From Dimargaris cristalligena (lineage: Eukaryota), in the NCBI GenBank assembly GCA_003614675.1, contig ML002224.1, positions 1 to 64,000 on the forward strand: 64,000 nucleotides of DNA. Direction: 5' to 3'. The first letter of the stretch is position 1; the number at the start of each line of letters is the position of its first letter. Position numbers and translations under genes: made by a program. Below are positions 46,224-59,544 of the stretch, in pieces. A model generated the notes under the pieces. It did no database searches and had not been told where the DNA came from. It saw only the letters and a list, made by a program, of their open reading frames with translations.

Positions 46224-49200
46224 GGTGGAAAAATATGAAGAGAAGGGGGAGGGTGTGGAAGGAAATGAATTAACAGAGGGAAAAACTAGCCCGGCGGTGG
46301 TGGTGATGATGAGTGCCAGATCGGAGGGTTGGTGGGTTATATATATATAGGACCAGTAGATGTAGCTGATCCCACCCGGAAAGGGCGGCGGGATTCCCAG
46401 GCCCTCTCCACCTGTTCCCCGCCCTGGCTATTGTATGGCCCAGGTCCCCCCGGCCTTGGACTCTGGTTGTTCTATAGGCGAGGGGGATGGTACTGGCTGC
46501 TGCTACCTAACCCATCTAACTGGCCCGCTCGGCCTGGCTTCATACCCGCAATATAGACCCCCGGCTCCGATTACCACCCCATAGCTTACTATGCACGGAT
46601 AACTATGCCTGGAACGATGTCGTAGTTGGCCCAGCGGGTGCTGCTCGCTAACCGGGAAAGTCGGCCCATGCACCTACCAAACCTTGTATTCCAGGCAGTA
46701 GAGAGCGTCCTTGGCCCATGAAACCCCCCATTCTACTATTGAAGAGCTGCAAGCCGCGTAACCCATCAGTGATGATTGTCAGACATTCGGGTGCAAATGA
46801 CACTTGTTCCCCCTTCCTTTCCTTCCTGGCCTCTGTATGAGCCCGCGGAGTACTACAGGCCAATACAGATGCTCACTCTAGATACTTCTCAGTTGGCTGC
46901 ACCAATCCATTCCATTTCTATCCAATGTCATTTGTAGTGCAGCTCACACTCCCACTCCCACTCCCCGCACCCGCCCAGCCGTATTCCACGGTTAAGTACC
47001 GGGTGAGAGAACAGGCCAGATGAATCAAACTAAATGGAGTAGGCGGGTGGGGGCGGTTACTATTGTTGTAGGGCGGAGCCGTCTCATCCTGACCACTGGG
47101 CCGGTATCTCCGACCGAGACAATACCCCCCAGTCCAGGCCTAATCTCAACCTCCAATTCAAAATCAAAATCAATTATATTTCAATCTTAGCGCCTTTAAC
47201 TTTCACCTGCTAGTTACTCCCTCAGATCACACCAATTAAAGCGGTGAGAAAGACTCGAGGCATTGATCCTACTACGAAAGGTAGCCTGGGTGAAAGGTCG
47301 GGGAGATCATAAGTGTCCACGTCTAAGCATCACTGCCGACTTAATTGCCCCGTCACTAAATTCCCAGTCACAGGTGGCTATTGTCTTTATCCGCCCCAAT
47401 GCGGCTATCCAACCTGCATTGTTTACATCCGTGGTTCACTGAACCAACCTACTTGCACACACACACACACACTCATACACACACATATCCTCACATATAC
47501 ACCGGCTCGCACACTGGCATGAATCTATCGACAGTCCTAATATGTGTTATAGGGTTGCCAGTTTCCAGCCCAACGTGGAAGGAATCGCTGGTTTTTTCTC
47601 ACCTGCTCCCAAGTCTTACCTTGATGCAGCGAGATGAGGAAAACCCTCTATAAAGAACAGGTGCGGTGCAGAATCCCCCCACGGAATAATACCCCACCTG
47701 GGCCCACTATACTTTGGACATTGGAGTTCCGTTTTTTATATATTTTAGTTTATTTAGAATCCTGGAGTGAGAGGGGGGGATGGGAATGCCCTTCGTTATT
47801 GGGGCGGTGCCTATTGTATAGCGAGCGGCCTTTGGTGGACTGGTCCGTGGGATTCGGGGGGCTTTTAACCGTCGCGGGGGGAGTATGGCCTGTACCTTGG
47901 GGTGTGGGGGCGCTGGCATGTAGCGGCCATATTATGCGGACTTAAGGGAGGTTGCCTGGCTTGAATAATAACCACCGAGTGGAGAGATACGTTTCAGGTG
48001 GGCCGTATGCTGTCGCTGAAGGTCCTGCTTTAGTCCAGTAGTTAGCGGGGCGGTTTATACAGTACCCCAGGGATGAATTAATACTACTTTGTAAAATCCC
48101 GACAGAGTACTCCTTCTCCCTCTCCGACCTGTCGCCAGTACCGCCACCATTTCCCCGCTGTCGGTTGGTGGACTGCTGGTTCAGGATTCCAAACCAAACG
48201 GGCCATCGTGCACTTCCCATAGGCTGAATGGGAATGGGGCTCAGACAGACTATACTACTCACTGAAATCACGGTAATAAGCTGATCAACCTAATGTACTC
48301 AAAATTGGCCAAATAACAGTTTTTGTTGGATCGCCCCCCTCCGCACTTCCCCATTGAACCATCGTTATGGCTATTTTTATAGTGTGATGTGCCTAAGAAA
48401 AGAGGGATAGGCAGAGAGCAATGGTACTCAAGGAGGTCGGGATATTCCCTGTGTGGAGAAGGGGGTGGCTTTAATTTGGCCAGCTAGGCTACATAGACCC
48501 TGGCCATGTCGGAGTTCCGGTGCATTTCTTAAAACATTTCCTAACCGCGCGTTTTCTTCTTTCTTCCCCCCATACTGGGCAATTGTACTGACATGTTTAT
48601 CCAGTGTGTTTCTTTCCGAGACAGGTCTATTTAAGGGCTCCCTGCTTCATTTCCACTCCCGTGTTTGACAAGTTCCACGGGCAGCCTGTTGAGAGGCCCC
48701 CCTTACTTATCGAAACCACTAAATGGGTTAAATACCACATCAATCAATGCAGACTTAGGTTCCTTTGTTGTGTAGGGATGAGGACAAAAGTTTATTTAAA
48801 TGAGGGTGGAGCCCCTCCCTCCAAGTCGGTGTATTGAATTAGGCCATTATATATTTAATACATGGCCCCAGACGGATCTTTTCCCTGGCCAGATTAGACC
48901 AGTTCTAAACCTGGGTAGAGCCAATCCTCCATAATAGTCATTAGGTGAGCTGGATCAGGTAGAATAATCACGTGATTGACTGGACCACAACCATGGGTTA
49001 ATCGGAAAAAAAGGATGGATACTTATTATATACACTACAGTGCCAGAGTGCTATTAGCTGAAGCAACAGTCCTTGCCACCTTTTTTTTCCTTGCTCAAGG
49101 CCTCATAAGATATCCAGCCCTTCCGGTAAACTAGCAATTAGTGGGAGTGGAAACTGCCTACTTAACCTACTACCACGGATAATGAGGAACGAGAAAGGGA

Positions 49201-49473
49201 AAAAATAAGCTATATATCCCCGCCCCATAAGTGAGGAAAAAAAAATAGCAGCCACCGCTGAATAGGCGAGCACGTAGGCATATTCAGCCCTGAAGATTTA
49301 ATTGTAGAATTTTCCAACTGCCACTTTTGCCTGGACCCAACTGCTGCATTCCTTTCGCTTCGTGTATTGTGAAGAGAGCCATTCAGATTCCCCAAAGCTC
49401 ATTCAACCCCGTTCTACTTTTGTCATTTTAACTCTCCGTTAATTCCAACGACTCCTACAAGACCTCAATCGCC

Positions 49474-52400
49474 ATGGCCCTCGAAGATAAGCAAACTGCC
49501 AAGCGTAAGGCCCACAATGGCGTCGGTCGCACTCGTGGTGACCCCAAGCGGGCCAAGAACACCGACAAATACAATAAGGAAACGAGAGCCAGGGGCAAAT
49601 TCAATAAGGAAACGGGAGCCGGCGGCAAATTCAATAAGGAAGCGGGAGCTGGCGGTAAATTCAATAAACCCCAGGCCGCCGGCAATTCGAAAGGCTCTAC
49701 CGAGGGAGTTGAGAAAAGTAAGCTGTGCCCATTAGTAGGTTTATTGACCTTTTTATCCCTTCTATAAAGGACATTCCAACCTGGCTCAAGGTGAAGCAGC
49801 GTGAACTACTTGTATTGCCTCCTGTACATAAGCAACGGCTATCATTCCCCCGTCAGCATCTTCTACCCCCTGTTACTCACACCCGTTAATTATGGTTTTC
49901 CCCGCTCTGATTTTGCCTCGGTTTGCGCACCTTATATTCACCCCGTCCCCACCAGTAAGACATCGGGATGTCTGGTACACTAAGGCCGAACCCATCTGGT
50001 TCAAGGCCCGTTCCCGGTCCGGCACCAAGGCCGAAAAGGCCCAGCAGACCGCCGAGCTCATTGCCCTGGCCAGCGACCGCCTGGATAAGCTGTACACCCA
50101 CCCCGTCGGCTCCCGCATGTTGCAGACTATTCTCAAAAACGGTTCCAAAGACCAGGTCCACCAATTGGCCGCCGATCTGGAGCCTTTTTTCGAGAATATG
50201 CTCACCAACGCCTGCGGCCAGCGGATGATCGAAAAGATCATGGAGGCGTCGCCCAAGAGTCGCCCGGCCATGATCGAAATCATCAGTGGCAAGGTGCAGA
50301 AATTAATCACCAATGCCGCCCAGTCCCCCATTGTGGAAATGGTCTATCTGCAATCGACGGCCCAGCAGCGCCAATACTTGGCCCAGGAGTTCCTGGGGGC
50401 GGAGTTCGCCCTGTTCAAGGTAAGTCAGGGTGCCGAGAGATGGTGGTTCCTTCTCCTCCTTACCTTTAAGCCCCCTCCCCCATACTCGGGTTATTTTGGC
50501 CCCCTATTATTTTTTACTGGATCACTGAGTCTGTATCTAGATTACGGTTGCGATACTACCCCCTAAGCGTCTCTCCCTCTAACTAACACGCGTGGCTATG
50601 ATCGTTGGTTTTTTCCACATTCCTTTACTAATTATCCAGGATCCCAAGAACCCCATCACGCTCGAACACGTGATCAAGACCCAGCCTCTTAAGCGTGAAT
50701 TTGTGTTCAAGAACATATTCAAGTGCATTGAAAATGCCGTGAACAAGGAGACCCTCACCAGCGCGGTTATCCATCGGGTCATTTTGGACTGTTTTACTTT
50801 TGGTGAACAGGCCGAAATCGACACTCTTCTGGATATGCTTAAGGAATCCTTCGTCCATATCATCCATACCCGGGACGGTGCGAGAGCCGCCATGTTGGCT
50901 ATTGTCAAGTGTACTTCTAACAAGGTGGGTTGTGTGGAGGGGATGGACTTGTATTGAATGGTATATATGGAATGTTACAATTACTAGGCATTCGGTTAGT
51001 ATAAAATGTGCGGCCAGGCTGCTATGACTGGCTCTACTCGATCCCCGATATAGTAAACATCTCAATGTCCGGAGTTTTGTCTAACCCTTTTATAAGTCGT
51101 TGCTATATTCTTCCATCACCACCTTACTATGTATTCGTATTTCAGACTCGCAAGACTATCATCAAGTCCTTTAAGCCCTTCCTACTTAAGATCGCCACCG
51201 AGGAATTCGGTCACATGGTGCTTCTCCAGTTGTTCGATACCATCGACGACACCGTCCTATTGGGTCACGATATTGTAACCGTAAGTCACACATGAGATCT
51301 CATTATATCAAAAGGGAATATGTATATTTGCGAACTGATACCCTTTTCTTAACTGTAGTTTACGATTTCAATTTACACGATCCCCCTTAACCGTTGCCCT
51401 CAGGGCTACTACTAATTGCGGTAATTTTAACCCCTCGTTTTTTGATCTGTTTTGATCTGATATTATGATCGTATTATTTGGAATTCACCACACCTTTCTT
51501 AATGGAAATGGTTCATTATCTGCACCGACGTATACTTGATGCTGATATAGCCCCTGACTAAGGAACTCGGTCAGCTTATCAAAACGCAGGAGGGCCGCCA
51601 TCTCATCATGTACCCTTATATCGGTATGTCCAATAAGCACATCACCAAGCCCGTCCTTCAGCTGATCATCGAAAACTCCGAATTCCGGAACCAGACCAGC
51701 AAAAAGGAGAGCCATATCCGGGAGGCCGAGATTCGTAAAGTGCTGGACCCTTTCCTTTCCGCATATCTGCGGAAAAATTTCGAGGAGGTCATCTATGCCG
51801 AAAATCAGGATCGCGTTATTATCGAGTTTATCCTCAACACTAGCTGTAAGTATCCTGTGTTTCTTTTCAATACCACCCCTCCTCCTTTTATCCGCCCTAG
51901 TTTTTACTGTTTAGTTTATAGTGCTTCGAGACCACTATGCCTTACTATTTTCGGTCCCAATTTTCTATTCCAACCCCTCGGGAAGGAATACGAATCCCCA
52001 ATGAGTATATACTGCTGCATGGCGCCTCCGTCCACTATAACGTAAGTTTATGTCCTAACCATTTTTTTATCCCACCTATTCATATCCGTTGTACCGTTGT
52101 AGCCGATGTGGGCCCATTCAAAGAACTGATTGCTGATATGCTCAACAGCACGTCCACGAAAGGCGACACTATCTTAACGAATGTCCAGAGTGTCCATGTA
52201 CTTAAGCGTCTGATCCTTGCGGAGACTGGAGTCCTCCCGGCCCACGTTACTAAGGGTAAGTATACTTCCCCATATATTCCTGAATATATCTATCTATCTA
52301 TGGTTTGATTATTCTGTTTTTGTGGGTCGCTGTAGGAAATTTCTTTCGAATGTACTGATTACTAACCATCAAAAATGTATCCTGCACCGTTTATATATTT

Positions 52401-52659
52401 ATTTTTGAAAACCGGCGATTTTATTCCCTTAGATACCCCATTTGAAATCTCCGAGCTGGTTTATAAGAACATGGAGAAGAGCCTGGCTGAACATGCCGTG
52501 AGTGTTGCCTCGCCTATTGTGGCTGCCCTGACCACCCACAAGAAGTTTGGCCCTAAGATCCTCAAGCGTATCAAGGGTAGCCGCAGCGAGATCCAAAAGG
52601 CCGCTGATGAAGGCAATGCTGGATCCAAGAAACTACTCGAATCCCTGGGCGCCAAATAA
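49474..52659 (+). CDS. PUF6: Puf6/PUM3 (Puf-A) nucleolar pumilio-repeat RNA-binding protein (7 exons)
   Basis: Exons 49474-49717, 49956-50419, 50640-50924, 51146-51280, 51551-51845, 52103-52255, 52433-52659 are phase-compatible. Motifs HPVGSRMLQTILKNGS, QEFLGAEFALFK, HIIHTRDGARAAM, RKTIIKSFKP, EEFGHMVLLQLFDTIDDTVL, TSKKE..IR..EI. The exon 1/2 junction is least certain. Confidence 0.88.
49567..49668 (+). repeat. 30-bp coding tandem repeat (KFNKETGAGG-like, ~3.4 units)
   Basis: aaatacaataaggaaacgagagccaggggc / aaattcaataaggaaacgggagccggcggc / aaattcaataaggaagcgggagctggcggt / aaattcaataaa. Confidence 0.9.
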
Positions 52660-53441
52660 TCGTATACTCTTTGGATGCTTTATTGGTTTGTGAAGGGGGA
52701 GGGGGGCAATCAAAGTGGGGATTGTATGGATTCATAGCTTATTCACCTCCATTTCTTCTCATTTTGGATTTTTATTACTGGTAATAACGGTGAATAGTAT
52801 AGAATTCAATTACCAACAATCTCCCAGGTCGCTCCTTGATACTATATTTGGTCGGGTTGCTTTTAACAATCTGGGAGGTATGGCAATGAACTTTATTTCA
52901 TACAGGACAGTATGTTCCAAAGGCCAACCTTTCGAATCTATCTTCGACAATCTCTTTGATCTTTAAAATGACACCAGGTGTTTAGCAGTATCGTCAGTAT
53001 TAAAATGTCTTTATTTTTGGATCACCAGTTCTGGATTCTATATAATTTACTCTATACGGGCCTATAGTTCCTTGAATCATATGATAATGCGACGCAATGG
53101 TGCGGGAAGTGCGTACGATGCTGGATATTGGATAAAGCAGATGTATCCGAAGCTCAAGGAGATGAGTGTGTGATCATTGGCTATGGTAGAGTGGAGCGCT
53201 AGGCCGGCTAAAGCCCCGCCCACCGCCACCATTCCTCTGTTGGACTGATTCTCCTCATACCGCTTCAGGAAAGTACAGTCATAACTATTTCTGGATCTTT
53301 CTTGGTTTCATTAGTACTTGCCTTTTATTCTAGGTCACCCCAAGTTCTAGTTACATTCCCTCCTCTAACATTCTGTAGTCCCACTAACTCCACATTTCCT
53401 TTTGCTACCGACCTTCATAGTGTCAAGCTGAGTTCTCCCTA

Positions 53442-54350
53442 ATGCGACCAGGTTCCTTACATACAGGTCCGCTCTTCCGCGGCCTAACGGCCACTCGGTC
53501 GTCTACTGCATTTACCCATGCGATACTCCGACGACATCAGTCATTGTCGTTCCTTTCAACTGCTCTACCGAGTGTTTCCTCTCACTTTTCAACGCTCGGG
53601 ACCAGCCCCATTCCCCTACACCGCCTGGAGAAGTGTTCTCCTCTTGGTCCAGGATTCACCAACGCGCTCTTACATTTCCCTATCCCAAGCTCCTCCTCAC
53701 TCCTAATGGCGCGAGTGGTAGTAGTACGTGCCTATTCCCAAGAGCCGCTCTTGGATCGCACTCGGAATGCTCTAGGCACCTTGGGCAATTTGGCCGTTGT
53801 GCTAGCCGGTCTCACGGTCCTCTGTGGCCTTCCCTATTTCCTATTCGCCGACTTGGTCGGTGACGAGGGTCATATCAAATGGTTCTCCGATGCGCTCCAG
53901 CGGGTACGTCGGGACCCGAACGTCCAAGAGCGGATCGGTTCCCCCATCAAAGGGTTCGGGGACCCCTCGCAGTCCCGCATGTCCCGTAATCGCACCATCG
54001 GGCATATGATTACCCAGGACCGCCACGGCGTCGAACACATGGTGATGCGGTTCTTCATCGAAGGTCCGCTGAACAGTGGGACGGTTAAACTAGAATTAGT
54101 CAAGGGCCCGGAGGGCCATTGGCAGTACCGGTACATCCTGGTCGAGGTGCCCGGCCAGGGTCTGCCGTCGTGGCGGATTGTCGTGGATACGGAACAGCCC
54201 CCGCCCCCACCCGCTTGGCGGGAAATCGTAAAGGATTCGAGCGAATTCGTGTACGAAAAATCCGTGACGTTGGCGGAATCGGTGCGGCTACTGTCTTTGG
54301 CTACGTATGATCAGGTCAAAGAGTGGATCGAGACCCTTCGTCGCCAGTAG
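53442..54350 (+). CDS. TIM21: Mitochondrial inner-membrane translocase subunit Tim21
   Basis: S/R-rich presequence, single TM (LAVVLAGLTVLCGLPYFLF), then FSDALQRVRRDP..IGSPIKGFGDP..RMSRNRTI..DRHGVEHMVMRFFIEGPLNSGTV..WQYRYILVEV. Confidence 0.9.
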   Translation: MRPGSLHTGPLFRGLTATRSSTAFTHAILRRHQSLSFLSTALPSVSSHFSTLGTSPIPLHRLEKCSPLGPGFTNALLHFPIPSSSSLLMARVVVVRAYSQEPLLDRTRNALGTLGNLAVVLAGLTVLCGLPYFLFADLVGDEGHIKWFSDALQRVRRDPNVQERIGSPIKGFGDPSQSRMSRNRTIGHMITQDRHGVEHMVMRFFIEGPLNSGTVKLELVKGPEGHWQYRYILVEVPGQGLPSWRIVVDTEQPPPPPAWREIVKDSSEFVYEKSVTLAESVRLLSLATYDQVKEWIETLRRQ

Positions 54351-55670
54351 ATGGCATGGTCGTACACTGCCGATTGTCGAAGATGCCGTTTTCCTAAGCC
54401 GACATTATCTGTGATACAATATACGCTCTTGCTCTAGTCAGTTAGCTATCTCACTCCCGGGATGAGGCAATATGCCCCCACTATAGTCTGAGTTACTAAC
54501 CTCGCGTATATCAACTCTTTCCCCCTTCCATCAAAACATTTTACCACTTGTATATTTTTCCCAAGGCTTAGTTCATCCCTGCCCCTACTTTCTCAGGGCT
54601 TTTACCCATCTCAAATAATAGTTGTTTGCTTTATAATTACTCATAGCGTACCAATACGCATTTGAAACTGCCCGCATTTTAATATGATTAGGCCGCACAG
54701 TGGAATATCAGTAGTTATCATAGCCCAGGCATTCCTAGCTGACTGGCAACGTGATACGGTATTTACATTAAAGATCGTATAGTTTTGTAGGTTAGCTAGT
54801 GTTGTCTTGTCAGGGAGACGGCGGGCATGGTCAGCTCGGGATATGGTTGAAATTCATTGGACTAAAATCTTGCTGAGCTGTCTATACTTGGTATTTAACA
54901 TGCCCAGATATGTAGTCGTCATCCATACCCAATTTGCCCTTTTTAGGTGCAGCTAGTTGGAGGTATTGGAAATGCCCTTGAATCAATTTGACTAACCATC
55001 GAGCCCTGTTAGTCTATTTCACGATTAGACGCCGCATTGCAGTCCTCACACGGGCCCCAAACTCAATAGGTCTCTCTGTGTCACCTATAGCAGTCATTCG
55101 CTGCTTTATAGATTGGCCGACTCATTCAGCCTCCTCAGCCCAGGGTTACTCTAGTCTCGATCCGTCCCCCCTGACTCAGTAATCATTGACGTTTATCGTC
55201 TATATATTTGATTGGCGGATGTGGTGGTCTTTACTCCACCGCCCTAAGTAAGGAGGTGGCATCGACAGGTCGGTTATATTTACCCGATCCCTCGATGCTG
55301 TGCTAGGATGAATCACTGTGGACTCTCGATAGGCGGAATAAACCCCACCTGTACAACATCCTCAGGTGATTCCTACACCGAGGCTTATAGGCTGGGGCGG
55401 GGTTTGATTACATTAGAAATGCTATATGTTGGATCGGGAGTCTACGTTCAGTACGGTTCAATTGGGCAAGTTTCTCGGGTTGGATTGTATAAAAGGGGGG
55501 GTATGTTTCCCGCCATCCGGTTATTAAGCTAGGCAGTATCCGCTCATGCCATTTGGATATTTCCAAATAGTTTTTTTGTTAGTTAATTATTAGCCTTGCT
55601 ATTTTCCTCTGATTTACCGGTTCCGTTTTAGATCATAGAAATAACACTAATTAGGGTACATTATTACACG

Positions 55671-58120
55671 ATGGATCATCCACGTACCGCTTACCGTCCC
55701 CCACCGTATGGGCTTTCGGAAGAATACATAGCTAAGCACTTGAAAGACCTACCAGGTACCCATACCACTGACCGGATTGAAACTTTGGGCGAGGAGCTCC
55801 AGAACAGCCACCAGGTTATTATGTGGTTCCGTACCGATTTCCGAGTCAGTGACAATACTGCCCTACACTACGCCATCGCCAACAGTCGCCATGCCAAGGG
55901 GCAGGTTATTGCCCTGTACGTCGTAAGCCCTGAGGAATGGCTGTTGCATGGGGTGGGTCCAATCAAACTCGACTTCTGGTTCCGTAATTTAGAATGTCTC
56001 CACGAAGAGTTGGCCCTGCGGGACATACCCCTGGTGATTTTAACCGCCCGACGTGCCGCGGACGTCCCCCATATTGTAACCTCGTTTTGCCGCCGGATGC
56101 ACGCCCTGCACTTGTTTTTCAACATTGAGTATGAGGTCGACGAACTGGCGCGCGATCAACGTGCCATTGAGCTACTTAATTCGACAGGAGGAAGGCCAGC
56201 TGAAGCGTTACATGCCAATGGCTCCCCCCCTGCCTCTACCACTCCCACTGGGTCTCCGCCTATCCACGTTCACCAGTTTCATGACCAGTGTATCGTGGAA
56301 CCGGGAACGGTCCTGACCAACGAAGATAGGCCCTATAGCGTATATTCCCCCTTCCGACGCAAGTGGTACCAGGTGTTCGCGCAGAACCCGGATTTCCAAC
56401 GCCTGCTGCCGGCCCCGGGAATTCCCTCACCCATGGACCGGACTCTGAATTTTCAGAAGCGTCATCCGGCCCTGTTTCTTACTGCCAAACAATTCAGCTC
56501 GTACTGGGCGGAACTACGCGGTCTCCTCCCGGTAGATCTCCAGCTGGACCCCGAAGCCTCCCGCCAGGCCGGGCAACGCTACGGGGTGGGCGAAAAACAC
56601 GCTCAGACTTTATTGGCCGATTTCACCCGCCTCGTACTTTCCCAGTATAAGGAGCGGCGGGATTTCTTCGGTGATGACGCCGGTACCAGTCGTCTCTCCA
56701 CCTATTTGGCGTCGGGGATCATTTCCCCCCGCCAGTGTCTCCATGCCGCCGTGGATCACAATGATCAGCGCTTGGAGTGCGGCGACCCGGGCGCCGTTCA
56801 CTGGATTCAGGAACTGATCTGGCGGGAGTTTTACCGGCATGTCCTGGTAGCTTTCCCCCGCGTATGTAAGAATCGGGCATTTAACCCCCGTGGCGACGGG
56901 ATTCAGTGGAACGATAATCCAGAAGGCTATAAGCGATGGTGTGAGGGCATGACAGGGTACCCCATTGTTGATGCCGGTAAGTAAGCTAAATCAGTGTCTT
57001 TACTTTAATGTTTACACAATAATGAGTGGATACGTGAGAGATGGGAAGTAGTGAGTCGGCCCCTATAATTCATATGTGTTTCGATGGGGATGGCTAATTA
57101 CGAATTTATATATATATATATATCGACTGCGATCAACTTCTGTAATTTATTGTAGGGATGCGCTATTTGAATGCCATCGGGTGGCTCCACAACCGCTTGA
57201 GGATGGTGGTGGCCATGTTCCTAACCAAGGACCTTCTGATCGACTGGCGTTTGGGTGAAAAACATTTCAATCGCTACTTGATCGACAGTGACTTTGCAAG
57301 CAACAACGGGGGTTGGCAATGGGTAAGTTGATTTTTTCACAATAGGCTTTATCAGATGACTGCTATGGCTTACCGCATTTCCAATTTAAAAATTCTATAG
57401 CACGACACTCCCACTAATTTCCGGATCTACTACTAATGCCGTCATGATTCTCCCTTTCACTCTACCTATCCAAACACACACACAAACACTTCATACATTC
57501 CGTCTCTTTTCCGTCCTTCTACACGGGAGTTTGGCATTTCCCCCATGATTAAGTCGGGTTCCACAGGAACGGATGCTCAGCCGTATTTCCGGGTATTTAA
57601 CCCACTGCTCCAATCGGAAAAATTTGATCCATCTGGCCGGTTTATCGCTCAGTGGGTCCCCGAGCTGAAACCCCTTTACGATAAGGGCATTAAGCGGACG
57701 GCCGACAGCAAATCCAAACTTCCCATCCATGCACCCTACGAGCGATTAAGCACCACTGAGTTCAAATCCCTCGGGTAAGTGAATTTCGGTCCAGTAGAAC
57801 TATTATTTTTGGTCATGTAATGTATACCAAAGGATGGGATGCAAGGGAATGGGGATGAAAACGCATCTTAGGATGATTCTTGACTTCATATATTTACAAT
57901 TGATTTCCCCAAGACAGTAACATCTCTCCCCTTCGCCCCATGACATACTCTACCTGGGCGGTTCAGAGTTAACGAGAAAACCCTTATACATCTTCTAACC
58001 TGCCTTCTTAACATTACTTCCTATTTCTCTCCCAGATATCCGAAGCCGATCGTCGAACATCATAAAGCTAAAGATATAGCCATTAAGGTGTTTGAAGCGG
58101 CGCTTAAGAAAAAGCCGTGA
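55671..58120 (+). CDS. PHR1: Class I CPD DNA photolyase (4 exons)
   Basis: Exons 55671-56976, 57156-57322, 57554-57774, 58036-58120. Motifs [112 protein letters not shown]. Confidence 0.93.
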
Positions 58121-59544
58121 TGGTTGGATCTGAGGTATGGAATCCACCTGTATGTTATCGGATTGCCTTTGTCTTGGCGAATGGTGGTCCATGATTTCTG
58201 TCCATCTTTTAAAAATCAATTTAGTCGTGGGATTGATAATAAAGATAGTCCAGTGATAACAGCTTATACCACCCCTTCCCTCCCCCCTGCAGAAAAAAAT
58301 ACTTCGCGTTTGCCAATAGTCATACGACTATAACCAACCCCTCTTTTTGGGCCACAGATTTCTGACTTAAATTTGAACAATCGGTTCCTCTGAATAATAA
58401 AACAGACTTGCTGTGCACTGTCCGGGGTTCCTGCTGTATAGGTGCGAAAAGGTAGCGGGTATTGGGTTAGACGTTGCTTATAATTTGTTACCTCAACGTA
58501 TCCTCCCACATTTAATCTTTTACGATAGTCCTATAAACCCAAGTCTTACATTTCCTCTCTGATACAGTGTACATTCCAAGGGGTCTAATGTCATCTAACT
58601 CTATACTGTTATGGTATGAGTGGCGCACAGGGAACTGTATGGGCAGTCGGCTAGTCGAGTGGTGTCCATGTGGAACACAGTTAAATGATGGGCCAGTAAA
58701 AGCAATGTGGCCCTGGTCGTAGGACTACAGCTCCGTGCCAAACCAGCGGAGGGTGGTCAGCAAGACGTATTGATGCATTCGCCAACGGCACTTGCGAGTA
58801 CAAGTAGCAGTCGTCCGTCAAGATATATAGGGGTGTTTGGTAGGATCTCTGTGGGGTCGAAAAGGAAGTGGATTTTACACCTTTTTCCGCTATTTTAAAA
58901 TCTAGAGGTGGGAAAAGGGCAGGCAAAGGATTGCCCTCCACCAGGGGCAAACGGAGTGTGCTAATGTTCTGATTCGCGGTTCCGTTTTGGATTACAAGGT
59001 CAAATAACCGAGCCACACCCGTTCTTACGCATTGGGATCGGGCTGGCAGACTGTGTTATCTGATCCATAGGGCAGCCTAGTGATACTAGATCACCCATCC
59101 CCTTTCTAGGTTAGTATATATCGGCCGGTCCTGCGCCCTGCCGAAGCCCCAACCCCTTTGGGTCTTTCTCCCACTTTATTTGATCCTTGATAGTGGTATT
59201 TTCTAACATCGCAATCCTCACTTGGCATACCTGTGGTGGTTGCCTATTGCGGTTTATTATTTAGTGCTCCCTTCGTTTCTCGTTCGACGCCCTACCCTTT
59301 AAGGAAGGGACTAGGTCCATTATTGTTACCACTCCCCCCCCCCCGCATCGGTTTCCTATTTGGGCTTACTTCTGCGGTGTAAACGTGACCATACAGCGTA
59401 TATCCATGACCTGCACGCACGCAGCACATAAATATCCTAGGAGACTCGCCCACAGCCCCCGACCTCCTCCTACTGCTTCGTTGTACGGGCCATTCTCGGT
59501 TGCTCAAGTGGTGCTGTAATTTAGCTGTGGCCAATTGAGCACAT

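Noticed and set aside
49770..49811. Possible extra mini-exon in PUF6 intron 1 (DIPTWLKVKQRELL frame)
   Set aside because: Phase is incompatible with the flanking splice sites, and direct 49717>49956 splicing is already in frame; RNA-seq is needed to exclude it fully.
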